Shown: positions 19,312 through 29,989, numbered from the stretch's first letter. The stretch: 64,000 nt of DNA from an uncultured delta proteobacterium (GCA_963789265.1 CAWBKB010000001.1:1248001-1312000); one strand, 5' to 3'. Notes: a model not told the origin generated them from the letters alone. Program-made: numbers and translations.

Positions 19312-22300
19312 ATGTTCAAGCGAATCGTAATTGTCCTGGTAATAGTGGCTGCGCTTTGCGTTCTTTCGTCATCCCCAACCGTGATGGCCCAGTCCAGGAA
19401 CGATGCCTTTCGTCTCCACAACGAAGCCGTCCGATTGTACAAAAAAGCCCAATCCAATGAGGACGTGAAGAGGGCTGTCCAGAAGTTCGAAGAAGCGGCA
19501 CGCATATACAGAAAGGTCGGGTATCCGCGAGGCGAAGGACAAGTCCTGAACAACCTCGGAGTCGTCTACCATGACAGGGACCAGTACGCCAAGGCAGTAG
19601 AGTATTATGAGAAGGCTCTGCAGATTGACCAAAACCTTGGTAACGTACGGGGACAAGGGATGACCCTGATGAACCTGGGTAACGTCTATTTGGATCAGGG
19701 CCAGTACGCTAAGGCAGTTCAGTATTATGAGAAGGCTCTAGAGATAAGCAGGAAGACCGGAGACGTCCGGACCCAAGGGCAAACCCTGGAGAACCTTGGT
19801 ATTGTCTACATGCAATGGGGTCAATATCCCAGGGCAGTGCGGTACCATGAGAAATCTCTGGAGATTATGAAAAGAGTTGGAGATGCAAGAGTGGAAGGGA
19901 ACATCCTGGGCAACTTGGGCGAGGTCTTCATGCGTTGGGGTCAATATGCCAAGGCCGTGGAGTATTTTGAGAAGTCTTTGAGGATAGCCAAAAAGGTTGG
20001 GGATGTTAAGACTGACGCGAAAGCCCTGGTGGGCCTCGGTTTGGTCTATAATGACTGGGGCCAGTACGCCAAGGCAGTAGAGTATTATGAGAAGGCTCTG
20101 CAGATTTACAAGAAGGTTGGGAAGGTAAGCGGAGAAGGGGTTGCCCTGGGCAACCTCGGTAATGTCTACGGGAGCTGGGGTCAATATGCCAAGGCGGTGG
20201 AGTATCATGAGAAGGCTCTGGCGATAGTCAGAAAGGTTGGGGATGTTAAGGGAGAAGGGCAAGAGCTGAACAACCTCGGTAGCGTCTATAGTGACTGGGG
20301 TCAATATGCCAAAGCCGTGGAGTATTTCGAGAAGGCTCTGGATATAACCAGGAAAATTGGAAACGTCGAGACTGAAGGGATAGCACTGGTATCCCTCGGT
20401 ACCGTCTATGGAGACTGGGGTCAATATGCCAAAGCCGTGGAGTATTTCGAGAAGGCCCTGGAGATTGACAAGAAGATTGGGGACGTACCCGGAGAGAGCT
20501 ATGTGCTTGGCAACCTCGGTATAGTCTATAGAGAGTGCGGTCAATATGCGAAAGCTGTGGAGCATTATGAGAAGGCTCTGCTGATAGCCATAAAGTTAGG
20601 GGATGTTCAGTCAGAAGCGACAGCCCTGCACCACCTCGGTCTCGTCTATGCAAGTCAAGGTCAATACTCGGAGGCCCTGACTAATTTCCAAAAAGCACTT
20701 GAGATGTTGAAAAGGATCGAGGTGCCCGCCAATCGGCTCAAGGATTCAATAGGCAATCTCTACCTCGACAAGGGTGACTTGGCAAGGGCCGAGCCGTTTA
20801 TCAGGGAGTCAGGAGATGCCGATTCCCTGGGACGACTCGCTCTCCTGAGGTCGGATTACACCAAAGCAAAGGGTCACTATGAGGAACTCCGCCAATCCGC
20901 AGATAAGAACCGAGCTGCATCCAGCCTCTTCACAGCATATACCGGCATCGGAATGGCATGTGAAGGGCTTGGAGACCTTCCAGGCGCAGCAGAGCATTTT
21001 CGCAAGGCTATCGATTACACGGAGGAGCTGCGTGCCGGTCTGAGTCCTGCCGAGAAAGCGGAGTTCTACAACGTCAGGGTCAGCGGCTTTTACAGAACCG
21101 CTCCGTACGAGGGCCTTGCCCGAGTGCTGGTGAAACTCAACAAGCCTCTGGATGCATTAAAGGAATCCGAATACACCAGAGCCCGTATGTTTGCCGAACG
21201 CATCTCAAAGCGAGCAGAAGGGTCTGCTCCGCACATTCCACAGGACGTGCGGGAAAAAGATTCTCACCTCAATCACAGTCTCGCTGCTTTGAGCAAAAAT
21301 CTCCAGAAAGCGTACGAGAAGCAGAACAAAGAGGTCATAGCCGCGCTTGAGCCCCAGGTGAAAACGGCCAAAGAAAACCTTGCCGCGCACATTGACATGC
21401 TCCGCAAACAGTATCCTCTCTTTGCCGCAACCAAGTACCCGGAACCGATGGGTTTGGATCAAACTGGCCTGAAAGATAACGAATGGGTGTTGGCGTACCA
21501 TGTTACGGACCCCGGTATCATCATCTACCTCACTAAAGGGAAGAATCTCGTAAAGGCGCTGTACAAACCGACTCCAAGAAAAGAGATTGACGAACTGGTC
21601 CGGAAGTTCCGCCAACCGATGGAACTTGGGCCGGATGATTCTCTCGCAAAGAAACTCAGTCAATTTGACTTCAAAACCGGTAAGAAACTATCGGACATTC
21701 TTCTTTCCGACATCCCTCCTGTCCTGCCCAAGAATACTCCGGTTATCATTGTCCCTGATGGTTCTCTCGGTGTCGTGCCGTTCGAGATGCTCGTCTTAAA
21801 CGATGGTGGAAAGATCGTAACAGACAATAAAAGACCTCAGACCTCAGGTGCTGAATTCTTCGGCGATCGCAACCCGATTTCGTATTACCAGTCGATCACG
21901 GCCCTGACTCTCGCCCGTACCCTTGGAAAACAACATAAACTCGGCGAAAAACTGCTCGTGATGGTGGACCCTGTTTTTTCTAGTGACGATCCTCGTCTGG
22001 TCAAACTTGCCAAACAGGAGAAGGACAGGCTTTTGGCTACTCTTCCAAAAGACCTCACCATGTCTATCGAGAGTGAGAGTGGGCTTACTTTTCCCCGGCT
22101 TCCGCTCACCGCTGAACTCGGCGAGTCCTTGAAGCAATCCGACCCTTCTAAGACCGATCTGTACGAAGGAATGACCGCCAAAAAGTCGGTCCTTCTAGGA
22201 AAAGACCTTACTCCGTACCGCTCCGTGGTGTTCGGCACACATGGGTATTTCGGGAAAGACCTTCCCGGAATACAAGAGCCTGTGCTGGTGCTCAGCCTTG

Positions 22301-22662
22301 TCGGTGAACCGAAGGGTCAGGATGGTTTTCTGAGATTGAGCGAGGTTATGGGCCTGAAGATCAACTGTGACATAGCTGCACTTACCGCATGCCAAACCGG
22401 GCTGGGACGACGCATCTCAGGCGAAGGCACGATGGGAATGGGAAGAGCTTTCCAGTACGCCGGTGCCAAAAGCGTGTTGATGAGTCTCTGGTCTGTGAGT
22501 GAAACGGCGTCGGTCAATCTGGTGGAGAGTTTCTTCAAGCATCTCAAGGAAGGAAAGAACAAGCTGGAGGCTTTGAGACTTGCCCGAGAAGAGATACGCA
22601 AGGCAGGTTACGACCATCCGTTTTATTGGGCTCCATTTATTCTGGTGGGAGAGGTGGAGTAG
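19312..22662 (+). CDS. Exported TPR-repeat CHAT (caspase-like) protease 1
   Basis: RBS AGGAGG; signal peptide MFKRIVIVLV...TVMA; about 10 40-aa TPRs; CHAT motifs IVPDGSL, FGTHG (His), LTACQTG (Cys), SLWSV, HPFYWAPF. Confidence 0.93.
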   Translation: MFKRIVIVLVIVAALCVLSSSPTVMAQSRNDAFRLHNEAVRLYKKAQSNEDVKRAVQKFEEAARIYRKVGYPRGEGQVLNNLGVVYHDRDQYAKAVEYYEKALQIDQNLGNVRGQGMTLMNLGNVYLDQGQYAKAVQYYEKALEISRKTGDVRTQGQTLENLGIVYMQWGQYPRAVRYHEKSLEIMKRVGDARVEGNILGNLGEVFMRWGQYAKAVEYFEKSLRIAKKVGDVKTDAKALVGLGLVYNDWGQYAKAVEYYEKALQIYKKVGKVSGEGVALGNLGNVYGSWGQYAKAVEYHEKALAIVRKVGDVKGEGQELNNLGSVYSDWGQYAKAVEYFEKALDITRKIGNVETEGIALVSLGTVYGDWGQYAKAVEYFEKALEIDKKIGDVPGESYVLGNLGIVYRECGQYAKAVEHYEKALLIAIKLGDVQSEATALHHLGLVYASQGQYSEALTNFQKALEMLKRIEVPANRLKDSIGNLYLDKGDLARAEPFIRESGDADSLGRLALLRSDYTKAKGHYEELRQSADKNRAASSLFTAYTGIGMACEGLGDLPGAAEHFRKAIDYTEELRAGLSPAEKAEFYNVRVSGFYRTAPYEGLARVLVKLNKPLDALKESEYTRARMFAERISKRAEGSAPHIPQDVREKDSHLNHSLAALSKNLQKAYEKQNKEVIAALEPQVKTAKENLAAHIDMLRKQYPLFAATKYPEPMGLDQTGLKDNEWVLAYHVTDPGIIIYLTKGKNLVKALYKPTPRKEIDELVRKFRQPMELGPDDSLAKKLSQFDFKTGKKLSDILLSDIPPVLPKNTPVIIVPDGSLGVVPFEMLVLNDGGKIVTDNKRPQTSGAEFFGDRNPISYYQSITALTLARTLGKQHKLGEKLLVMVDPVFSSDDPRLVKLAKQEKDRLLATLPKDLTMSIESESGLTFPRLPLTAELGESLKQSDPSKTDLYEGMTAKKSVLLGKDLTPYRSVVFGTHGYFGKDLPGIQEPVLVLSLVGEPKGQDGFLRLSEVMGLKINCDIAALTACQTGLGRRISGEGTMGMGRAFQYAGAKSVLMSLWSVSETASVNLVESFFKHLKEGKNKLEALRLAREEIRKAGYDHPFYWAPFILVGEVE
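19540..20700 (+). repeat. Intragenic 120-bp tandem repeat array encoding TPRs
   Basis: Core tggggtcaatatgccaaggc.gtggagta...gagaagg recurs every 120 nt; exact blocks at 19581/20061 and 20298/20418. Confidence 0.85.
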
Positions 22663-22735
22663 TATCGGCTGTTAAGGTTTTCAAGAGATTAGCAACCTGG
22701 CTTTGCCAGTACTGTGCATGAGATGGGGGTAACTT

Positions 22736-25706
22736 ATGTTAAGATTCCGGGTTTTCAGATCGATTCACGTTGTGCTCATTGTTTTTGGATTCATCCTTAT
22801 CCTTTCTGGACCCATTCAGCAAAGGGCTTCAGCCGCCGATTCAGACCATGCGCAAATTCAACGTCTTCAGAAGGTTATGGAAATCATCAAAAAGAACTAT
22901 TTGCGAGAAGTCCACGATGAAGAGCTACTGGACGGGGCCATCAGGGGGATGCTCCAATCATTGGACCCTAATTGCTCCTACTTCAATGCGGAAGCTTTAA
23001 AAGTATTACAAAGCGAAAACAAGGGTAGGTTCGGGGGGATAGGTGTGGAAATCACGCTGAAGGATGGCGCACTAACAGTTGTGAGCCCTTTAGGCGGATG
23101 TCCTGCCGACAAAGCAGGTGTCGAATCGGGAGATAGAATTGTAAGCATAAATGGCGAAACGACCCAGAACATCACCTTGCCCAATGCGGTTAAGTCGATG
23201 AGGGGCACTATAGGCAGCATCGTAACGCTTACTATAATGAGGGAGGGATTTCAGAAGCCCAGGGATTTCGTGATCACTCGGGACGAAATCCATGTCTCCC
23301 CGCTCAAGAAGGTCCTACTCGAGGAGGGCTATCCATATATTAAGCTTGTCAGCTTTCAGGAAGGAACAGACGAGGAACTCAGTAAAGCTTTTAAAGACTT
23401 TCGAAAGAAACACCCAATCAGGGGCCTGATCCTGGATTTGCGTGACAACCCCGGCGGGCTGCTTGATCAAGCAGTCAAAGTGGCCAATCTGTTCATAACC
23501 AAAGGTTTAATCTGCTACACCAACGGCCGATTGAAAGAGCAGCGAATGGAATTCCGAGCACAAAAAGGTGGTGAACATTACGAGTTCAAAATGGCGGTTC
23601 TTATCAACAAGGGATCGGCAGGTGCTTCCGAAATTGTCACAGCAGCTTTGCAAGACCATAATCGAGGTTTGGTCTTTGGCATCCATTCTTTTGGTAGAGC
23701 TGCAATACAGACCATCCATCTTATCGGTGACGGGTCCGCCCTGAGATTGACGACGGCACACTATTACACCCCAAATGGCAAGGATATTGACAAAGAAGGC
23801 ATCTTACCGGACGTAGATCTAGAAAAGGAAATCGTAGCCCGGACGTCAGTCACTGCGGGCGGCAAAAAAGCGGCAGCCAATATTAGGGAAAATCCGGGTA
23901 ATGATATTGCGATCAGAAAAGCTCTGCAATGGTTGAAATCCGAAACTTCGGTCATCGCGTATAAGGCGGCCAATCGGTCGCCGGAAGCATCAGCTCAATC
24001 ACAGAGCCAGCCGATTGTCAGCGCCGAGGCTCAAAAAAGAGAGATAACGAGAAAGGGGCGTCCGAAATACCAGGAGCTTGAGGCATCCAAAGATTACAAA
24101 GAGGCAAGGAAAAGATACCGTGTGGCCGCTGAAAGGGGTGATTTGGAAAGCCAAGTCTCTCTTGGGTATGTATACGAAAAGGCCTTGGGGGTGCCTAAAG
24201 ATTACCAGAAGGCGGCAAAATGGTACCGTATGGCGGCTGAGAAGGGGAACGCCAACGGTCAAGCTCTTCTGGGCCTGATGTACAAAAGAGGCTTAGGGGT
24301 TGCAAAGGATCTGGAAGAAGCTCGCCAGTGGTTCAAGAAATCCGCGGAACAGGAAAACCCCCTTGGCCAGAACGAGCTGGCTAACCTGTACTCGGAGGGG
24401 GTGGGCGTTGGTGAAGACTATGCCGAGGCACTAAGGTTGTATCGCAGATCCGCTGAACAGAATTATCCTGCGGCCCAATACAACATCGGCAGAATGTATC
24501 AGTACGGCAAGGGCGTACCAAAAGACGAAAAAGAAGCGGCGCAGTGGTATTTGAAAGCGGCTGAGCAGGGACACTCCCTGGCGGAAGATGGATTGGGAAG
24601 AATGTACAGGGACGGGGTAGGGATTCCCAAAGATGAAAAGGAGGCTCTCAAATGGTTCCGAAAAGCTGCTGAAGCTGGGTCGAAATATGGTGAGCTTGAT
24701 CTCGGATTGATGTATGCGCAGGGCCTTGGAGGGCCGCGCAATTACGAGGAGGCATTAACCTGGTTCAGGAGGGCCGCAGGCGAGGGTCTTGACGAGGCGC
24801 GTTACCGCATTGGACTCATGTATCTCGACGGCTTGGGAACTGAGAAAGATATGGTTGAAGCGGCCATCTGGTTTTCTAAGGCCGGGGCGAACGGATTCGA
24901 TAAATCGAAGGAAAAGATAAAAGAACTGATGGACCGGTTTCGTCCGCGTGCTGAAAAAAAGGATGCCGAGGCCCAGTATAATCTCGGAGTTCTTTATGAG
25001 GCCCAGGGAAACATAGAGAAGCATACAGGCCACGTTGCGGATGCCGTTAAGAGCTATGCGTATAATCACAAATGCTACATTCTGGCGGCCAGACAGGGAT
25101 ATGCCCCGGCTCAGTACCGTCTTGCATTAATTGCAGCAAATACCGGTAGCCCTGACGAGGCCCTGTCGTGGTGCCGCAAGGCGGCAGATAAGGGCTATTT
25201 TCGAGCCCAAGCGTACATAGGTGATCTTTATTTGATCGGCAAAGGAGGATTAAAGCAAAGCCCCGAGGAGGCTGCGAAGTGGTTTCGCAAGGCCGCGGAC
25301 CAGGGATTCGCGTACACGCAGAACAATCTCGGATTTTTGTATCTAAAAGGACGTGGTGTTCGTCAGAAACACCGACGAAGCGATAAAATGGTTTAGAAAA
25401 TCGGCCCAGGGGGGCGAGCCCATGGCTCAGACTTGGCTTGGATCTATGTACAGAAACGGGGTTGGACTACCCGTAAACTATCGGGAGGCTATGAAATGGT
25501 TGCGCAAGGCTGCCGATCAGGGTGAAGTAGGCGGGCAATTATTTCTGGGAGAAATGTATTTGAAGGGTATGGGCATGCCAAAGGACGATGCTGAAGCAGT
25601 GAAATGGTTTTCCAAAGCCACCACGCAGGGTAATGACAAAGCAAAGACGTATTTGCACCAAATGACTCTGGAGCTTCCCGAAGGTGCTCAAAGCAAGAAA
25701 CAATGA
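22736..25706 (+). CDS. Exported S41A (CtpA-like) PDZ-protease domain with substituted catalytic dyad, fused to about 13 Sel1 repeats; frameshift at about 25367-25369
   Basis: Signal peptide; FGGIGV PDZ loop; LDLRDNPGGLL; SAGASEI...SFGRAAIQ instead of SASASEI...TFGKGxVQ; Sel1 repeats continue in ORF 25353..25706 after removing one A. Confidence 0.88.
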
Positions 25707-26035
25707 CCTGAGGCATTTGAAACCGTCTTGAAAAACGGTGAGCAGGTGCCCGGCACAGAGTCTAGGGCTCCACTATTTGGCGGCCAGAAAAATCCCCCCT
25801 GGCGCCCCTTTAGAAAGGGGGGGAACGGGAGGTATTCCTATTCACCATTTATAAATAGGGTACGGGGATTCTGAAAGCACGTCCGACGCGCGCCCGGCTG
25901 TAAGAGCTTTGATCCAACGATGTGCATATCGGAGGTTCATTGACGTTCGGCCCCTGTGGTGACGCAACCATCAAGGAGCGTCACTACGAATTCCGAGTCA
26001 TTTTTGCGGCAGATGCCACCTCACAGGAGATTGTC

Positions 26036-29000
26036 ATGTCCAAGCCAATTCTAGTAGTTCTCACAATACTGTTGTCGTACTTTCTTGTCGGAGGGGAAAT
26101 GGCCCTGGGCCAGTCAAAAGAAGAAGGGATCAAAATCTTCAACGAAGGAAAGGCATTACAGGATGAGACCAAGTCTATCGCCAATCTAAAAAAGGCCGCT
26201 GAGAAATACCAGCTCGCTGGGAAAATCTTCGAGAAAGCTAAATTCGACAAGGGGACCGCGGCGGTAGACAACAACTTGGGCATGGTCTACGCCAAGTTGG
26301 GGGAGTACTCTAAGGCTGTGGATTACTGTGAGAGGGCGTTGACCATTTTCAGGAAGCTCGGTGATACGGAGAATGAATTCAATACCCTTACGGGGTTGGG
26401 AAACATCTACAAAGGCTGCCGACAATATGCCAAGGCGGTAGAACATTACGAAAAAGCATTGGCCATCGCCACAAAATACAATAACTTAAGTGCTAAACGA
26501 GAAAGCCTCACAAACTTGGGGAATGCCTATGAACACTGGGGTGAATACTCCAAGGCTGTAGAGCATTACCAACAAGCTTTGAAAATTGCTGAAAAGCTCG
26601 GAGACCGGGAGGGGACAGGGACAATTCTATTCAACCTGGGGTTTGTTTATGAAGCCTGGCGTCAATATTCGACGGCCGTAGAATGTTATGAAAAAGCGTT
26701 GGCGGTAAAGACAAAAGCTGGCGATAGGCTGGCTGAAGGGCAAATTTTCAACCAATTGGGCAATATCTACAAAGATTGGGGTCAGTACTCCACGGCTGTC
26801 AATTATTACGAAAAGGCGTTGGAAAAGGCCAACAAGTTACATGACCGGGAGGGTGAAGGGATAATACGATCCAACCTGGGAAACGTCTATTACTACTGGC
26901 GTCAATATCACAAGGCTGTAGAACATTACAAGAAGGCGCTGGATATCGCGAGAAGCATCGGGGACGAAGGGACGATTGGAGGGTGCTTCAACAATCTGGG
27001 GACCGTTTATAAAGATTTGGATCAACCCTCAAAGGCCGCAGATTATTTTGAGAAGGCCTTGGAGATTTGGAGAAAGACGGGCTACTCGCTAGGGCAGGCC
27101 GAGGCCCTCATGAATCTGGGTGTCATTCATAAGGACGACTGGGGCCGGTACTCAAAGGCTGTCGAGTATTATCGGGAATCCTTAAAGATTTTCACGGACG
27201 TCAAAGATACGAACTATGCAGGAGAGGCCTTGATGAACTTGGGGCACGTATATAAAGACTGGGGTCAGTATTCCAAGGCGATGGATTATTACAAAAAGTC
27301 ATTGGAAACATTCAAGACTACCGGTGTCCTGAGGGATGAAGGCACAGCCCGTGCAAGCCTCGCCGATGTTTATGCGATCCGGGGTCAATATTCCAAGGCA
27401 ATTGAAGGTTATCAAAGGTCACTGAAAATATTCAAGAAGCTCAAAGACACGAAGTTTGAAGGCGGAGTCCTAGGGGGACTGGGCGATGTTTATGCACAAG
27501 AGGGAGAATATGTGAACGCCCTGGAAAACTACAAGGCTGCGCTGGTCAAATGGAAGGAAGCTGGGATACCGGCCAGTACACCCGAGACACGCATAGGCGA
27601 CTTGTACCTCGATATGGGCGACGCCGCAAAGGCTGAGCCTATTCTCAAAGAAAGCCGGTCCAATTTGTCATTGGGAAGACTTTACCTTTCCAAATCAGAT
27701 TACCAGGCTGCGAAGAATTGCTATGCAGAGGTTCTCAAGTATGCAGAAGAGAGGGGTAACGTGGATGGTCTGTTTACCGGCTATACCGGGCTGGGGACAG
27801 TCTTTGAAAGGATGGGCGATGTGTCAGGAGCGAGGGATAGTTACGTGAAGGCGACGAAGCTGACCGAAGAGCTCAGGGCCGTCCTCAGCCGTGCTGAACG
27901 GGAACGGTTTTTTGATGTACGAATAAACGGTTTTTATAGGACAGCGCCTTACAAGGGACTAGCTCGAGTACTGCTACGCATGAATAAGGCTCTCGATGCT
28001 TTCAAAAATTCCGAATATACCAAAGCAAGAACGTTTGCCGACGCTATCTCGATATTTTACCAGGAGAAGAGATTTGGTGTACCACCGGAAATCCTAAAGC
28101 AAGATAATGATCTAAATGATCAGGTTGCAGCTCGGAAAAGGGCCAGGCAAAAAGCCTATGAGCAGGACAATAAGCAAGCCATCACCACTTTGGAGCCTCA
28201 GATAAGGCAATTGGAAAACGAGCTCGCGGCCCATATACGATTGCTAAGGGACCAATATCCCCTGTTTGCAGCCACAAAGTACCCTGAGCCTATGGACATT
28301 GATCAGACCGCTCTCAAGGATGACGAGTGGGTCCTGACTTATGACGTTACCGATTCTGGCATCATGATATACCTCACCAGAGGAAAGCGACTTGTGAAGG
28401 GCTTATTCAAGCCGGTGTCCGATAGGCAGCTAAAGGAGCTGGTGGACAAGTTCCGTCAGCCGATGGAGCTGGGTCCTGATGATTCTCTCGCAAAGAAGCT
28501 TGCGTCCTTTGACTTCAAATCCGGTAAGAAACTCTCTGACCTTCTCCTCAGCGACATCCTTTCAGATCTCCCCAAGGATACTCCTGTAATCATCGTCCCC
28601 GATGGCTCCCTGGGAGTCGTGCCGTTTGAGATGTTGGTCTTAAACGATGGCGGAAAGGTCGTAACGAACGGCAAGAGACCTCAGACTTTAGGTGCTGAAT
28701 TCTTCGGAGATCGCAATCCGATATCCTATTACCAGTCAATCACAGCCCTTACCCTCGCTCGTACACTGGGCAAACAACAGAAGCCGGGCGAAAAACTACT
28801 TGCAATGGTGGACCCTGTTTTTTCTAGTGACGATCCTCGTCTGGTGAAACTTGCCAAACAGGAGAAGAACAGATTGCTGGCTACTCTTCCAAAAGACCTC
28901 ACCATGTCCATCGAGACCGAGAGCGGGATTACTTTTCGTAGGCTTCCGCTCACCGCTCAACTCGGTGAGTCCTTGAAGAAATCCGACCCTTCGAAGACCG

Positions 29001-29506
29001 ATCTGTACGAAGGAATGACCGCCAAAAAGTCCTTACTTCTTGGGAAAGACCTTACTCCGTACCGCTCTCTCGTGTTCGGCACACATGGGTATTTCGGGAA
29101 AGATCTGCCCGGAATACAAGAGCCTGTGCTGGTGCTCAGCCTTGTCGGTGAACCGAAGGGACAGGATGGTTTCTTGAGGCTCAGTGAAGTCATGGGCCTG
29201 AAGATCAACTGTGACATAGCTGCACTGACCGCATGTCAAACAGGTCTCGGGCGACGCATCTCCGGCGAAGGCACGATGGGAATGGGCCGGGCATTTCAGT
29301 ACGCAGGCGCGAAAAGTGTGTTGATGAGTCTCTGGTCTGTGAGTGAAACGGCGTCGGTCAATCTGGTGGAGAGTTTCTTCAAGCATCTGAAAGAAGGAAA
29401 GAATAAACTTGAGGCATTGAGGCTGGCGAGAGATGAGATACGCAAGGCGGGCTATGACCATCCGTTTTATTGGGCCCCGTTTATTTTGGTGGGCGAAGTG
29501 AACTGA
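26036..29506 (+). CDS. Exported TPR-repeat CHAT (caspase-like) protease 2
   Basis: RBS CAGGAG before ATG 26036; signal peptide MSKPILVVLTILL...ALG; about 11 TPRs; FGTHG and LTACQTG intact. Confidence 0.93.
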   Translation: MSKPILVVLTILLSYFLVGGEMALGQSKEEGIKIFNEGKALQDETKSIANLKKAAEKYQLAGKIFEKAKFDKGTAAVDNNLGMVYAKLGEYSKAVDYCERALTIFRKLGDTENEFNTLTGLGNIYKGCRQYAKAVEHYEKALAIATKYNNLSAKRESLTNLGNAYEHWGEYSKAVEHYQQALKIAEKLGDREGTGTILFNLGFVYEAWRQYSTAVECYEKALAVKTKAGDRLAEGQIFNQLGNIYKDWGQYSTAVNYYEKALEKANKLHDREGEGIIRSNLGNVYYYWRQYHKAVEHYKKALDIARSIGDEGTIGGCFNNLGTVYKDLDQPSKAADYFEKALEIWRKTGYSLGQAEALMNLGVIHKDDWGRYSKAVEYYRESLKIFTDVKDTNYAGEALMNLGHVYKDWGQYSKAMDYYKKSLETFKTTGVLRDEGTARASLADVYAIRGQYSKAIEGYQRSLKIFKKLKDTKFEGGVLGGLGDVYAQEGEYVNALENYKAALVKWKEAGIPASTPETRIGDLYLDMGDAAKAEPILKESRSNLSLGRLYLSKSDYQAAKNCYAEVLKYAEERGNVDGLFTGYTGLGTVFERMGDVSGARDSYVKATKLTEELRAVLSRAERERFFDVRINGFYRTAPYKGLARVLLRMNKALDAFKNSEYTKARTFADAISIFYQEKRFGVPPEILKQDNDLNDQVAARKRARQKAYEQDNKQAITTLEPQIRQLENELAAHIRLLRDQYPLFAATKYPEPMDIDQTALKDDEWVLTYDVTDSGIMIYLTRGKRLVKGLFKPVSDRQLKELVDKFRQPMELGPDDSLAKKLASFDFKSGKKLSDLLLSDILSDLPKDTPVIIVPDGSLGVVPFEMLVLNDGGKVVTNGKRPQTLGAEFFGDRNPISYYQSITALTLARTLGKQQKPGEKLLAMVDPVFSSDDPRLVKLAKQEKNRLLATLPKDLTMSIETESGITFRRLPLTAQLGESLKKSDPSKTDLYEGMTAKKSLLLGKDLTPYRSLVFGTHGYFGKDLPGIQEPVLVLSLVGEPKGQDGFLRLSEVMGLKINCDIAALTACQTGLGRRISGEGTMGMGRAFQYAGAKSVLMSLWSVSETASVNLVESFFKHLKEGKNKLEALRLARDEIRKAGYDHPFYWAPFILVGEVN

Positions 29507-29522
29507 CAGGAAGACAAGAATT

Positions 29523-29594
29523 AACCACAGAGACACGGAGGACACTGAGAAAGAAAAATAATGGTTTTCTCTGTGAACTCTGTGCCTCTGTGGT
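29523..29594. repeat. ACCACAGAGACACGGAG..CTCTGTG..CTCTGTGGT inverted short-repeat element
   Basis: 9-nt periodic CACAGAG units and their reverse complement; related half-copy at about 30864-30890. Confidence 0.7.
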
Positions 29595-29674
29595 GCATCT
29601 TGATTGCCTGCTGAACGGTTGCCATTTTTCTTATGGGCAGAGGTCCGCATTTTTCTCGGTGTAAGAATATCGGG

Positions 29675-29947
29675 CTATTCCGTCTCTCCCGGCTTCCAGT
29701 CCGGAAATTTCAATCCCCGGAATTGGCCGTCTGACAACCGGAAACAAATGCTTCGAGGGCGGCCTCTCTCTACCTGCAATTCTTTCATTTGGACGTCGAT
29801 CCATTGCCAGGCCGATTTCATATCATCGAGTGTCCGAGGGGGCACTGGTATGGTTCGGATCTCGCCGTCGTCCCATGCGAACGTTACCGATCCCGGTTTC
29901 ATGCTGCAGATGATCTCTTCGTCCCAGAATGAACCACCCGTCCCCAT
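29675..29947 (-). CDS. Hypothetical protein
   Basis: RBS GGGAGG before ATG 29947; follows ecfT co-directionally. Confidence 0.5.
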   Translation of the reverse strand: MGTGGSFWDEEIICSMKPGSVTFAWDDGEIRTIPVPPRTLDDMKSAWQWIDVQMKELQVERGRPRSICFRLSDGQFRGLKFPDWKPGETE

Positions 29948-29989
29948 GTTTCCTCCCGTATGCACGCGCTCGATCTGGAACTATTAACT

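Noticed and set aside
19540..20700. Regularly spaced repeats resembling a CRISPR array (and CHAT as a Craspase partner)
   Set aside because: Period is 120 nt, in frame within a CDS; intervening sequences are homologous TPR helices; no cas genes
21590..29506. Near-identical CHAT regions as a DGR template/variable pair
   Set aside because: About 1 kb long, both coding, differences not visibly adenine-specific, no reverse transcriptase
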